Source of the DNA: the human T2T-CHM13v2.0 reference genome, Homo sapiens | Strand: one strand, 5' to 3' | Length of the DNA stretch: 64,000 bases | Assembly (NCBI RefSeq): GCF_009914755.1 | Contig: NC_060925.1 | Shown here: positions 25,265 through 39,585 of the stretch, in pieces | Layout: each line of letters starts with the position of its first letter | Position numbering within the stretch: the stretch's first letter is position 1 | Program-made: the position numbers and the translations under genes | The notes under the pieces: model-generated | The model's input: the letters and a program-made list of their open reading frames with translations, nothing else | Databases searched by the model: none | Told to the model about the DNA's origin: nothing

Positions 25265-25555
25265 TTTTTTTTTTGAGACAGAGTCTCGCTCTGTCGCCCA
25301 GGCTGGAGTGCAGTGGCACGAACTTGGCTCATTGCAAGATCTGCCTCCTGGGTTCACACCATTCTCCTGCCTCAGCTTCCCAAGTAACTGAGACTACAGG
25401 CACCCGCCACTACACCTGGCTAATTTTTTCTATTTTTAGTAGAGACGGGGTTTCACTGTGTTAGCCGGGATGGTCTCGATCTCCTGACCTTGTGATCCGC
25501 CCGCCTTGGCCTCCCAGAGTGCTGGGATTACAGGCGTTAGCCACCGCGCCCAGCC
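25265..25555 (-). mobile_element. AluY (diverged)
   Basis: Y diagnostics gggttcacaccattctcc, gttagccgggatggtctcgatctcctgaccttgtgatcc. Confidence 0.93.
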
Positions 25556-26029
25556 AAGAGTGAAAGCATTTTTAAATTTTGCCTCTCCAGCTTCTTCTAC
25601 TAACCAAATTTCACATGGTCATTTACTAATTAGACTCAAAGGAAACCAGCAGCTGCCTCACCAGAAGCTAATAAAATATAATGCAACTGTTCCCACTGAT
25701 TCTGGACTGGTTTGTCAATCCATTGACCAGGTGAGTCTGAACCAGAGGTGGTTCCCGCCGCCTCAAATTGAAAAGTTATAGATCAACTTAATGAGAGCTC
25801 CTGTCTCCAGTTTTAGGTGCCGGCTGGAGGAAATGAAAGCTTAATTTGTGAGGAGGGCAAACAGCCACCCAGTGAGCATATAGGTGGTGAGAAGTTGCTG
25901 GGGCTCAGCCCAACAGGGGAGGGAACCTCGGCCTGAATGCAGGGTTTTCATGATGCAAGTCTTCACCAGAGTGCTGTCCTTCCACTTAGAGCTCTTCAGA
26001 CAGCTGGTTTTATTTTGACTTAAGCCTTC

Positions 26030-26448
26030 TGCGGTGGGTGATTTTATGTGTCAGCTTTGCTGGTCCATGGTGCCCAGATATTTGGGCAAACTTCCACCTG
26101 GATGTTGCTTGTGAGGGTATTTTTTTAGATGAGACTGACATTTCAATCAGCAGACTTTGAGAAAAGCAGACACCTGCCATAATGTGGGTGGGCCTCAACC
26201 AATCAGATGAAGGGCTTAAAGGGAAAGACTGGGGTCCCCTGAAGAGGTAGGAATTCTGCCTCCAGACTGCCTTTGGACTCAAGACTGCAACGTCGACTCT
26301 TGCTGGAATTTCCAGTCTGCCACCCCTCCCTACAGTTTATGAACTTACCAGGCCCCACAAGCATATAAGCCAGTTCTTTAAAATAAATCTCTCTCTATAC
26401 ATGTACACTCTATCAGCTCCATTTCTCTGAAAAGCTGTGACTAATACA
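26030..26448 (+). mobile_element. MLT2D-type ERV-L solo LTR
   Basis: TG..gattttatgtgtcagc..gtgcccagatatttgg..AATAAA..gactaataCA; 5 bp TSD ccttc/ccttt. Confidence 0.88.
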
Positions 26449-26619
26449 CCTTTGCATAAGAAAGAAAACTAAAATAATATTTTATTGACCTGATTGGGCT
26501 CTAGTAGGAACAGGAACAGACCTGAGAGGACAGGTGGCTGTCAGTGCCCACAGCCAGTGTACAGCTTCTGCATACAGAAACTCTTAAAAATGCATGAGTT
26601 TGGCACAGAACTCTGGGAG

Positions 26620-26795
26620 CAGCCAATTGCTCTGTGACCCTGAGCAAGTCACTTCCCTTATCTAAGCCTCAGTCTTCTCATCTATACGATGAAGATAATA
26701 TCTGTTTTATAAAGAAATATGTTCTTGTGGGAATTGGAAGATATAAAGTTTTTGACACAGTGCTTGGCACATGGAAAGGCTTACTAATTCCTAAT
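26620..26795 (+). mobile_element. MIR remnant
   Basis: tgtgaccctgagcaagtcacttccc..ctaagcctcagt..acagtgcttggcacatgg. Confidence 0.75.
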
Positions 26796-27471
26796 AATTG
26801 CTCTGTAGGGATTTATACTTAAATGAAGTTTGCTTCAATGATGAGTGAGAACTGATAGGGGCTCCTGTAAAAAGATCCAAGGAGGTTAAGTTTGGCCAAG
26901 AGTTCTGAGATAAGGAAGAGGTTGGTCAAAAATGAAGTGGAAGAGAATGAGAAAGAAAAGGAAGAAGAGGAGGAAGACAGAATGATGGAGTGAAAGATAC
27001 AAACACAGACCCAGCCGGAGGGGGGCATTCCACCTGCACCACCTGCAGTGCAGCAGGGGATGAAAATGTTTAGGTCATCGAATCATTGATTCTGACCTGG
27101 AAGAGATGTTAAGAAATTATGCAGTGTAGCCTCTTCATGCAAGTTAAGTATTATTTTATTATTTCCATTTTGTAAAAAGACAAAAGATGCACAGGAATTT
27201 AAATGTGTTTGGAGTTATCCTAAAAGCAATGGAAAACTATAGAGGAGTTTTAAGCAGGGCTATAACATGATCCAAATAACATTTTAGGAAGGTCTGCCTG
27301 CTTGCATTGGGAACAGCAAGAGAGAAAAGAGGAAAGCCAGTTAGGGGCCCATGGTAAATATTGGAATAGTGATGATCTGAGTTAGAGAAGTATAGTGAGG
27401 AGATCAGAGTCGTTTTAGAGGCGTAATAAGCAGATATTGTCCAATGATGACCCAGCTGAGAAAATGACAAC

Positions 27472-27883
27472 TGTATTCATTATGGGGCCTTGCTGACCCT
27501 GGGAGACTTCCAGCTATCAACAGGAAGTAAAGGACTCACCCAGGAGCACACCTTTCAAATGCAAACCAATCAATTCAGAGCTCCCGCTCCCAACCGCCTC
27601 CTATGTGGAGCTGTCACACTCTGGGACACTATCTCTTGCCTTAATCACCTCAGACAACCAGGGACAGCCCCTATGCCCCACAGCCCTGAAATTATTCAAA
27701 CTAGCCAATTCTAAACCTGCCTGCCCTGCCCTGCCCTGCCCCACCCATTCCTTCTCTGTGTTGTGCTGTAACTCCTGTTTCTAGGAAACTGTGAACATAA
27801 ACTTCTTTCTTCATGACAATCATTTCTGTGCCTGTGTCTCTCACCATAGCAGCTTAAAACAAAGCCCACATGCCCTCATGACA
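27472..27883 (+). mobile_element. MER74-type ERV-L LTR
   Basis: ggggccttgctgaccctgg..cacacctttcaaatgcaaaccaatcaattcagagc..aaattattcaaactagccaattctaaacctgc. Confidence 0.75.
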
Positions 27884-28709
27884 CTAATGAATTTGTAGAG
27901 GCCCTGCATCAGTCAGGAGTGTATTCAACTTAAGAAAATGGAGCATGTGACCAGAAGCCTGAGGAGGTAGGCACTGTGTTTGGTTCAGAGGCGTGGTGAG
28001 GTCAGGGCTGGCCTCTGGGCCATCCTCTTGGAGTTTTTCCAGTGGTCAAAGGTGGCTGCTGCAGATGCTGGCAGGCAGGGGTGAAGCAGGTGAGGAATTT
28101 AGAACAATGCTGGAGGGAGGCAGCACTCTTGAAGGCTGTGAATTCCTAAGCAGTAGCTTAGCAACTTCACGGGGAGCTTGGGCTTATGTGCCGAAGGTGG
28201 GGAAGAGCCATTTGACATGAGAAAGTCAAGAGCAGGAGGCTGACCTGGTTTCGGGCGTCATTCTTACACATGGTCAAGTCACTTAGCATAATGGCAGGAA
28301 TGGGGGCAGGTAAGGAAGAGGGTGGAGGAAGAGGATGACTGTGAGTCAGGTGCCTTTGGGAAGAAGGGTGGTGATCAGAAGATCCACAGCTGACAATGAC
28401 AAAGAGGGCTTAGAGGGTGGCAGTCCTCAAGAGCATGCACCACAGTGGTACAAGGACAGGAGAGCAGTGAGGGGAGGCCCAGTGAGGTTCTGGGCACAGG
28501 TCACCAGGACAAAGTCATTAGTGTGCTCTTGGATGGGAGGGTGGGGACAGACAGTCCATGCAGGAACTTGGAGAGGAAGCACAAGGCCTCTCAGAATGCA
28601 GCTGTGGATTTGAGTCTTAGGGTCCAGGTTGGGGTGTCATCTTACAATGATACATTTAGATATTCTGAAATTTTGGGGGTTCCTTTTCCCAGCGGCAGGC
28701 ATGTGCTGA

Positions 28710-29075
28710 TGTCTTAGTCCATTCGGGCTGCTATGACAAAATACCATAGACTGGGTGGCTTATAAACAACAGAAAAAAAATTATTCCTCACTGTTCTGGA
28801 GGCTGGGATGTCCCCAAGATCAAGGCATCAGCAGATTTGGTGTCTGGGGAGGACAGGTTGCCTGGTTCATTGATGGCATTTCCTCACTGTGTCCTCGCAT
28901 GATAGAAGGAGCTCTCTAGGGCCTCTTTTATAAGGGCACTAAACCCATTCACAAGGGCTCCACCCTGATGACCTCTTAATCATCTCTCCAAGGCCCCACC
29001 TCCTAATACCATCACCTTGGAGTTCGAATTTCAACGTAACATTCTTGGGGGTACATAAGCATTCAGACCACAGCA
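28710..29075 (-). mobile_element. MaLR solo LTR (MSTC/MSTD/MLT1A0-like)
   Basis: TGtcttagtccattcgggctgctatgacaaaataccatagactgggtggc..cattcagaccacagCA. Confidence 0.88.
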
Positions 29076-30276
29076 TCTGGTCTTCTCCTTGTCTGTGTAT
29101 AAGGAAGGGATGGCTTCATCCCTTTTATCTCTGGCCTCCCAGCTCTCAGCAGTTGTGCCTGCTGAGGCTGAGCATGTGAGGAGGACTGTATTGCAGAGCC
29201 TTTACTTGCTTCAGTTTACCTTGCTGGGCTGCCTTCTCTCTCAGTGCCTGCTTGAAACAAAAAAAGGGTGGCTGGGCTTTCTGAGCTGCAAACTGAAAGT
29301 GAAAAAAACAAAACAAAACACTTCTTGTTTTTTCTGCTTTGCTAAGAGACTCTTGGCCAAAAAACCTCCCCCCTTTCTCTGGGCTCTCTGTAAATCACAG
29401 CCAATGGTTCTTATTTCTGAGCCTTGGAAATGCGTGTTGGAGATGAATGGAGCTGCTGTCATCCCTGCATGAAAGATGGCAGCCCATAACTCTGCTTCAA
29501 GGTGTGTCGGACATTGCACGAGGCAGGAAAGTCATTGACCTGGACAAGCATCAGAGCCCCCACTGCCACCTTTGTCCTTTCTGGGCCCTCCTTTTCCCAC
29601 TCAGTTGGCTGGGAAGCCACAAGGGGCCAAAGGGAGGCCAAGTGAAATCTGAAGGTCCTTGGGGGATTGCAGAGCGAGGTGGGAGATTTATAGCAGGCGT
29701 GGGATTATAGCTGGTCCATGTGGGGCCTGAGACACAGCAGAGGGGGTGGAGGAACCTCTTCTCCAGGGCAGCTGGATCCTTCTAGGGGCCAATGGATGCC
29801 TCAGTGCCCTGGCAGAGGAGGCGGAGTGGGCACCCATTTGGTCACTGTGGGAGTTTTCTTGTGAACGGCTTCTTAGGAGGTGGGGAGGAAGAAGTGTTTC
29901 CAGGCCTGGCGGCCGCATGCAGACGTACACCGTTTTCTGGGGTTTCGGCCTTGTGCATCCAGGGAAAGCACATCATGGGACAGCTAACAGCTGGAGTTCT
30001 AAGGATCCGGGGAAGCCAAATCAGGGACTGGGATTCTCCCATAGGCTTACAAGCTGAGTCACCACTTTCCTCATTAGCCTTTTGGGCCTCCCTTTCTCCA
30101 TCAACAGCCAGAACCCATCCTGCTGGGGACGGATGGGATGGATGGGCCTGATCGTGGGCCTCACTGGCAGAGGTCACTGGGACCTGCTGAGAAGGAGGGT
30201 CGGGTTCCTTCTGACGCGGTGCAGGGCTGGGGCAGAATTCAGTGCATTATTCGGTGTTCTTGAAGAGGACAATGGC

Positions 30277-31245
<969 letters not shown>

Positions 31246-32689
31246 GATAAGGTCTTTAAATAATAATTATTTAGCCTCAGACTAAGACACATAAAAAAGT
31301 GGAGTTTTGAGAGGAATTACATAGCATGAATGATTGCATTTTAACAATTGTACAACAATCAAGAATATTGATAATATTTATATGACACCTAATCACAAAA
31401 TTTAAGGTATTAATACATTCTATTCAGTTTGCCTGAGGTTGGCACCTGACTGAGGAAGTTTGCAGAGCATCAAGAATTTTAATGTCGCTGTTATGCTATT
31501 TAAGGAAACACAGTGTATTTTTTCATCTTTTTATCTATATATGCCATTGTTTAAAAACATACGATAAGTGTTTATGTTAATTTGTTGTTAGGTGAATTTA
31601 TCTCTTTCTTATTATTAGCAAAACCGTAAAACAACATAGCAGGAAGTTTGGAAAATAAAAAAAAGCTCTCACAATTCTGCCACCCTATTACAACTGATAG
31701 ATGATCGATTTATTTAGGATAGAGAAAATCTGGGGTTTTTCATGCATTTTTTATTTAGTATTCAAATGTCTTGAGACATGAACAGTGACACAGTTAGGTC
31801 TTTAAATATTCAAGTCCATCCAATCCTCAGATTCTCTTGCATGTGGTCAGTGCTATTCTGTTATTTTATTATTCTCTTGTATGAAGTGCCACTTAAAACT
31901 ATTTTTGCCAGTTGAACGTTCTGTTGCCAGTGAAGTCATAAAATTGTGATTGCTTTTGTAGTTTTCTCATCTCAGGCTCCATGTTTCTTTAGATGTGCAG
32001 GCTCATTAGTATAGGAGCCTAGCCTGTATCAGAGCCCAAAGTTCACAAAGGCACAATCATAACGCAGCAGGTTCACACATGGGGGGACAGCTCCAAATGC
32101 CTTCTGCATCCTGTGTTCTGAGAACTTTCTGGATGAAGGACATTACTTACTCATTCCCACTCAACTATAAACAAAAACATGGAGTTAATGGTCCATCATA
32201 TTGACTTGAACTGTCTGGAACGTAACACACCCCATTTCTGGCAAAAGGCTCCTGGGAAGTTTCACTCCTAATGACAGAGGCTGTTAAAACCTGATCGTTG
32301 GATGAGATACCAAGCACAAAACCCAGGCTCCTCATTTAGGCTGGGAGATACCTTTGTTCCCCTGCAGTCCCCTGCTAGGGCGTGGGGCCCCTTAAGGGCA
32401 GTACCCTCCTCAGTGTCTGAAGCTTTCCATTTGTGTCAAGGAGACTTTTAACGACCCTAGCCAAGGATGTTAAATCATTGGTCTTCTGGGTGAGAACTTG
32501 GATTGTTAGTGGTAATTTCCCCCTATTAATCATACCTTTACCTTTGTTTCTAGGTAGAGCCTTGCTTCCTGAAAAGGGGTTAAATTTCTCTCTTCTTTCT
32601 GCTTCCCTTCCTCCAGTACCTCTTCAATCATTTCTATTGTCTAAACGAAAGTCCGAGCAGTTAGTGAGCTACAAGGAGTAGCATTTTAT

Positions 32690-33069
32690 CTTATTTTTAA
32701 AATTTCAATGGCTTTTGGGGTACAAGTGGTTTTTGTTTACATGGGTGAATTATATAGTGGTGAGTTCTGAGATCTTAGCGCACCACTCACCCGAGTAGTG
32801 TACATTGTACCTACTATGAAGTTTTTAATCTCACATTCTCCTCCCACCCTCCCCTTTCTGAGTCTCTAAAGGCCATTGTATCACATATCCCTCCGTATGT
32901 CTTTGCTTATTCATTGCCTAGCCCCCACTTATAAGTGAGAACATGCGGTTTTTGGTTTTCCATTCCTGAGTTACTTCACTTAGAATAATGGCCCTCAGCT
33001 CCATTCAAGTTGCTGTAAGGGACATTGTTTTGTTCCTTTCTATGGCTGAGTAGTATTCCATGGTGTATC
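32690..33069 (-). mobile_element. 5'-truncated L1MA2/3-type insertion
   Basis: L1MA 3' end; 18 bp TSD CAAGGA(G/A)TAGCATTTTAT at 32672-32689 and 33070-33087. Confidence 0.9.
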
Positions 33070-33185
33070 CAAGGAATAGCATTTTATAACTGTCCTACTC
33101 AAACAGGTAGGTGGTGGCCCTCATTGTGTAAGCCCCACCCATAACATAGGTCAGATCAAGATGCTTCAGGCTGTGAAAGTGCTGA

Positions 33186-33869
<684 letters not shown>

Positions 33870-34661
33870 TGAAAAGACCAATTATATATTTCACGCCATA
33901 TAGGCATAAGAACCATCCTCAGCTTTTAGAAAGCTATTCAAGTTTTGTGAGGATTATGAGGGATGGTAGGATTCAGTCCAGTCCTGGATCTAGCACTTCT
34001 TCAAAGCATGCACAGACTTGGTCAGACCCCTTCCCCGTGTGAATGGAAAGCAATTCAGAATGCCCAAGGTCATGGTGAGGTTGATGGGTGAAATGAAGAC
34101 GACACAGGGTCTGGAATACAGACACTGAGCCCTACATCAAAGCATGTATAACTTGCCTCATGCTTTATGATGTTTTTCTGGATGCTTTTTCTCAAAAAGG
34201 ATCACTTTGGTTTTGTTTTTGATGACTGCTTAGGGAGGATGTCTGGCCCAGTCAGAAGTTGGAAGTGAAAAATTTTTGCTAACTGGTTTGACCTAGTGTC
34301 ATTCATTGAACAAAAACTATTATATGCTTTCTCTTCACTGTGATAGATGCTAAAAACAAAAAAAGGTAGAGAAGATATGTTCTTGATGACTTATAATCTG
34401 GAGGAAGACAGAGTCGTGCCATGAAAAAGTGCCACATTGATGGCATGTCCTGCAGAGAGTGGGGAAGGGAATGACAAGCTCTGGACCCTGAAAGCAGGAA
34501 AGCCCTCGCAGATGTGTTGTCCTGAGAGTGTGCCCTAAAGAAGGAGAGAAAATATCAGGTGGAAAAGGTGGGAAAGGATATTCTAGGCAGAAGGACCAGC
34601 TTATATAAATGCACATAGTGATGTTAGGTCAGGGTACATGCAAAGAAGTGTGAGTAGAATT

Positions 34662-34790
34662 GGCTGGACATGGTGGGTTATACCTCTAATCTCAGCACTT
34701 TGGAAGGCTGAGACAGGAAGATTTCTTGAGGCCAGGCGTTCAAGACCAGCCTGGGCAACATCGCAGGGCCCCATCTCTATTTTTTAAAAA
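34662..34790 (+). mobile_element. Free left Alu monomer (FLAM-like) within an L2 remnant (~34300-34660, minus)
   Basis: Single left arm ending ccccatctcta + short tail. Confidence 0.85.
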
Positions 34791-35479
34791 GTTGTGTTAG
34801 GAACAGGGGCTGGGAAAGTGGACGTTGGTGGAAGCAAGAAGAGCCTTGTTATTTAGGAGGGGTTTCATACTTGCTAATAAACACATTACTATGGCTTATA
34901 GACAACAGAAACAAATAAATGACTTCAGGGGCTTGGCAATAAAGGATTGGCCCACTCAGTGAGGTAACAAAACTTGGTAGCACTGGTGCAGAACATCCAG
35001 TTGAATTCTCCTAGGCTTCTCCCTAGGCAGCAGTTTTCCTACCTTGAGTTCTGCTAAGCATTAACATTAAAAAGAAAGAGGAAGAAAAATAAGATGTTTG
35101 GTTGAGAAAGAAGACAAGTGCATTCATAGAGATCTTAACTAAACTGGAGAAGTGAGAAGGCCAGGAGGTAGAGGGAGCTTGTTCCAGATGGCAGAAATGG
35201 TGCCTATTAATTAATCATCACCAAGTCAATTAAACATTTGGATGAACACAATGCGGGAATATTTGAGAATCTCAGCTGAAAGGGTTAATTAAAGCTAACC
35301 TCAGCTGCAAGAGTTGGCTTTGTTCTAGGTAAAGAATTATAGTTAGAGAAAGTGATAGTATACTTTTCACCTTCCAGTGTGACTGATTTCTATTTGGGGG
35401 AAGCCAACAAAGAGAAGTAACATCATCAGGCCAATCTACCACTTTGTTTCTCAAATATAAACCTCTCTGTTCATGAAAT

Positions 35480-35955
35480 TCGTAAAGAAGAATTACAATG
35501 AGCAAACAAACATATGAGCAGATGCTCAATCTCACTTTCAACCAAAGCCATGCGAATGGCAATATCAGGAAAGAATCGCTTTATGCCCATTAACTTTGCT
35601 AAAAACATGGTAATAGTAAGAGTTGGCAAGATTGGTTGTGGCCAGTATTAGAGAGTATTCATTCAACAAAGTCATGTTGACCAAATTCTGTGTATCAGAC
35701 ACTTGAAAGGCACTGATATGCAGAATAATAGAAACCCTTAGTCCCCTTTACCCAGTAATACTCTAAAGAAACAATTCTAAAGAAATAATCTTCACTTCTG
35801 CTCTACTCCAATGAAAAACTTGCACTAAATGTATACACAGATGAAGAGAGTCATTGCAACGTTGCTAATTATAAATAATTGTGGAAAGCAAAGTTACATA
35901 ATTGTCCAATGATATAGAAATGTTTATTAAATTATTACGATAGTTTATCCATTAT
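35480..35955 (+). mobile_element. Old L1M ORF2 3' remnant
   Basis: caaacaaacatatgagcagatgctcaatctcac..; highly diverged. Confidence 0.5.
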
Positions 35956-35958
35956 ATT

Positions 35959-37395
35959 TGTCAGTGCAGAATAGGTTATGGTTGCAATAACAAATAATTC
36001 CAGAAATTGCAGTCACCTAACACACCATTGATGACAGTGGCTGCTACCATCATGGTGGCTGCAGCAGGGAGGTGTGGATGGAGCTGCACACTCCATGGAG
36101 CTCCCCAGGTGCTGCTGCAGCTGCCCAAACCACGACTGCAGACCCAGGCCTCCTGCTCTGTGAGCAGGCAAAAGCCCTGCCCTCCTGGGCAGGGCTATAA
36201 CTGCCCAAACTGCAGCTGTGCATCAGAGCCTCCCTGTGCTCTTGCGGGAGGGCTGGGAGCGGGCAGGATCTGCCTTCCCGGGTGCAGCTGCCCTCCCAGG
36301 TGCAGGACCCGGGTGTCTCTGCAGCCTGAACCCTTGGGTGCCCCAGGAAGGACCCCCACACTTCTCCTGCAGAGCAGAGAGAAGCCAAGCAGCAGGAGCA
36401 GACACCCTGGAGCCTGGTCACGGTGGGGGGTGGCCGCCCGATGGCCCCCAGGCTGCTTCCAGTGCCTGCTCTAATCTCAGAGCAGGGGTTAGGGCCAAGG
36501 CCCAGGGGCCATGAATGGTAGTGGAAGGCAGATTGTTTACTGGGCAGGATGGGGCAGGTCCCCAGTAAGTTCTCACTTTCAGGCCAGGAAGGGTCTGAAG
36601 GCTGGGGACCTGGTTGCCAGTCCCGCTGACCAGAGTGGGAACTCGTGGTACCTCTTCCGGTCTGCCCATGGCTGCCCATAGACCAGTTGGCACCCACTTC
36701 CTCCCCTCTGAGGTCCATAAAAGCCCTGGGCTCAGCCAGAGCAGGGCAGAGGACAGGAGAGGATGAAGACATTGGAGAGAAGACTGGATGGCCAGCAGCA
36801 GAGAGGAGTACCCTCTCTGCTGATAGCTGGAGATGACAGAACAACCATTTGCAGAGAGGAGCTACCCTCTCTGCTGAGAGCTGCAGAGACGACCTGCTGG
36901 CAGAGAAGCCACCTTCTCCAAGGCCTCCTCTCTGCTGAGAACTGAACACTTGAGAGATTACCTGCCTACCGAGAGGAGCTGCCCACTGAGGATCTCCTCT
37001 GAGCTGTTGTAACACTCAGTAAAGCTCATCTTGGTCTTGTTCACCCTTCAATTGTCTGTGTACCTCTTCCTGGACACAGGACTCAGACAAAGCCGCCATG
37101 GCCACAGAGGTTTCCGGCCAGAAAATTGACACCCCCAAGATCCTGAAACACCATGACCGTATCTCTTACTCATGTAATGTCCAGTGTAAGCTGATCAACT
37201 AACAAGAGAATCTCTCCTTAATGAGGTGAATCAGGGATTCAGGCCACTCCATTCTGTGATGCCAGAATTTCAATATATGGTTTTTAGGAAGGGGAAGAGA
37301 GGAAATATGAAATCTCACACCCACTCTTAACTACTCTGACTAGAAGGGACATATCACTTCTGCTCACAGCCCATTGGGCAAAACTAGTCATATGG
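35959..37395 (-). mobile_element. Old MLT1-type LTR split by the MER52 LTR (35959-36028 and 37155-37395)
   Basis: ggttatggttgcaataacaaataa.. and ..cacttctgctcacagcccattgggcaaaactagtcatatgg. Confidence 0.55.
36029..37150 (+). mobile_element. MER52-type solo LTR (ERV1)
   Basis: TG..CA termini, 4 bp TSD CCAT (36025-36028, 37151-37154), GC-rich U3, CATAAAA box ~36716, internal gagaggag(c)taccctctctgctga repeats, AGTAAA ~37018. Confidence 0.85.
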
Positions 37396-38796
37396 TCTTA
37401 AATCTAGCTGTTCTTTATATCTTTTGTTCATTTTCTGTCTGGATTCTTTGCTTTTGTTGTTGAGTTTTGAGAGGTTTTTTTTTCTTTTATTCCAGATACT
37501 AATCCTTTGTTGTATGTATGATTTGCCAGTATTTTCTCCCACTCTGTAGCTTGTCTTTTTTATCAAAAAAGGTCTTTTTCAGGGCAAAAGTTTTAAATTC
37601 TGACAAAGTCCAAATTATCAATTTTTCCTTTTATGAATTGTGCTTTCAGTATCGAGTGTAAGCAGTCTTTGTGTAGCCCTAGATCTCAGAGTTTCTCTTA
37701 GTAGTTTTTCTAAAAGTTTTATAGTTTTAAGTTTGACATTTAACTCTATGACTATTTTGAGTTAATTTTTGTATAAGGTATGAGATTTAGGTTGAAGTTC
37801 ATTTGTTTGCCTATGGATGTCCAGTTGCTCCAGCATCATTTGTTGAGAAAGGTATCTTTCCTTCACTGAATTGCTTTTGCATCTTGTCAAAACTAGTTGA
37901 GCATATTTCTGTGGTCCTATATCTGAGTTCTCTATTCCGTTCCATTGATGCTTGTGTCTACCCCTTTGACAATACCTCATAGTTGTAAAATAGAGTAAAT
38001 GAATTTCTCACACTTCATTCATTTTCAAAATTGTTTTAGCTATTGTAGTTCTTTTGCATTTCCATATACATTTTAGAATAATCTTGTCTATGCCTACAAA
38101 ACATTATTGCTGGGATTTTGATAGAAAATCTGTATATAAACTTGGGGAGAATGGACATCTTTACTATGTTGAGTCTTCTGATCCATGAACATGATATGTC
38201 TCCCCATTTATTACATCATCTTTGATTACTTTCATCAGTATTGCGTAGTTTTCAGTAACAAGTTCTACACATGTTTTATTAGATTTACACCTAAATATTT
38301 CATTTTTGGAACAATTGAAAATGGTATTATATTTTTAATTTCAGTGTATGTGGGTTCATTGCTACAATATAGAATTATAATTAATATTTGTATGTTTATA
38401 TCTTGTAACTTTGCTAACATCTCTTATTGTAAAAGTTCCTTGGGATTTTCTACAAAAACAATGATATCATCTACAAATAAGGAATGTTTTATTTCTTCCT
38501 TTTTTTTTTTTTTTTTAACAATATGGTGTTTGCTTGACTTACTGCACTTGCTAGAACTTCTAACAGTATATTGAATATGGGTGGTGGGAGTGTACATCCT
38601 TGCCTCATTCTCAACCTTAAAGGAAAAGCATTTAGTCTTTCACTGTTAGGCATGCTGTTAGCTATAGGGTTTGTTGTTCGTTTGTTTGTACATTTTTTTT
38701 AATCAAGGTGAAATTCTATTTCTATTTTCCTGAGAGTATCATGAAAGGATATTGAATTTTGTCAAATGCTTTTTCTGTATCAATTGATATAATAAC

Positions 38797-39585
38797 ATGC
38801 AGTATTTTAATGCTATTCTGACACTAATAACCCAGAATTAGTGTAAACTTCATAGGTTTATGGCACAGTCCCAACAAGACTGCTCTCACTTTAGATGCCA
38901 CCATGAGTTCTGGGTTTCTCAGGCCATCCACACGTCTGACTAATTGGTAGTGGCACTTCCTACCTCTTCCAGTTTAATAAGTCACTAGAACAACAACTCG
39001 CAGAACTCAAGAAAGTGCTACACTTATGAATAAAGTTTTGTTATAAAAGATACATATTGGGACCAGCAAGAAGAAGACATCCAGAAGGCAAGGTCTTGGA
39101 GGGTTATGAATACAGAGTTTCTGTGTTCACTTCCTAGAAAATCAAGATGTCTTATCCTCTTGGCACATCAATATGGTCACTAACTAGGATGCTCAATCAA
39201 GCTTTAGTGTCCAGAGTTTTTAATTGGAGTTTCATTATGTCAGCATGATTGATGGAATTATTTGCCACACGATTGAACTCAAACTCCAGCTTCTCTGTCC
39301 TCCTTGAACATTGGGAGGTTGGGATGATGTCACATGGCTCAAAGTTCCAAACCTCTAAACACATGTTTGTCTTTCTGGCATGGCCAGCCCCCAACCTGAA
39401 ACTTTCTAGTGAGCATTTTTTTTAATGCTCACCCTGAGTTACCTCATTTGGATAAACTCAGGTATGGTCCCTCAATGAATAACAAAGGCATTCTTATCAT
39501 CAGGGAAATTTCTGGTGATAAGAAGGGTGTAGAAGATCCCTCCCAGGAACCAAGGACAAAGACCAGACAAATTATTTATGATACA
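38797..39585 (-). mobile_element. MER21-family LTR
   Basis: cacagtcccaacaagactgctctcacttt..ggctcaaagttccaaacctctaa..ggaaccaaggacaaagaccagac; antiparallel relative of 58015-59762. Confidence 0.75.
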
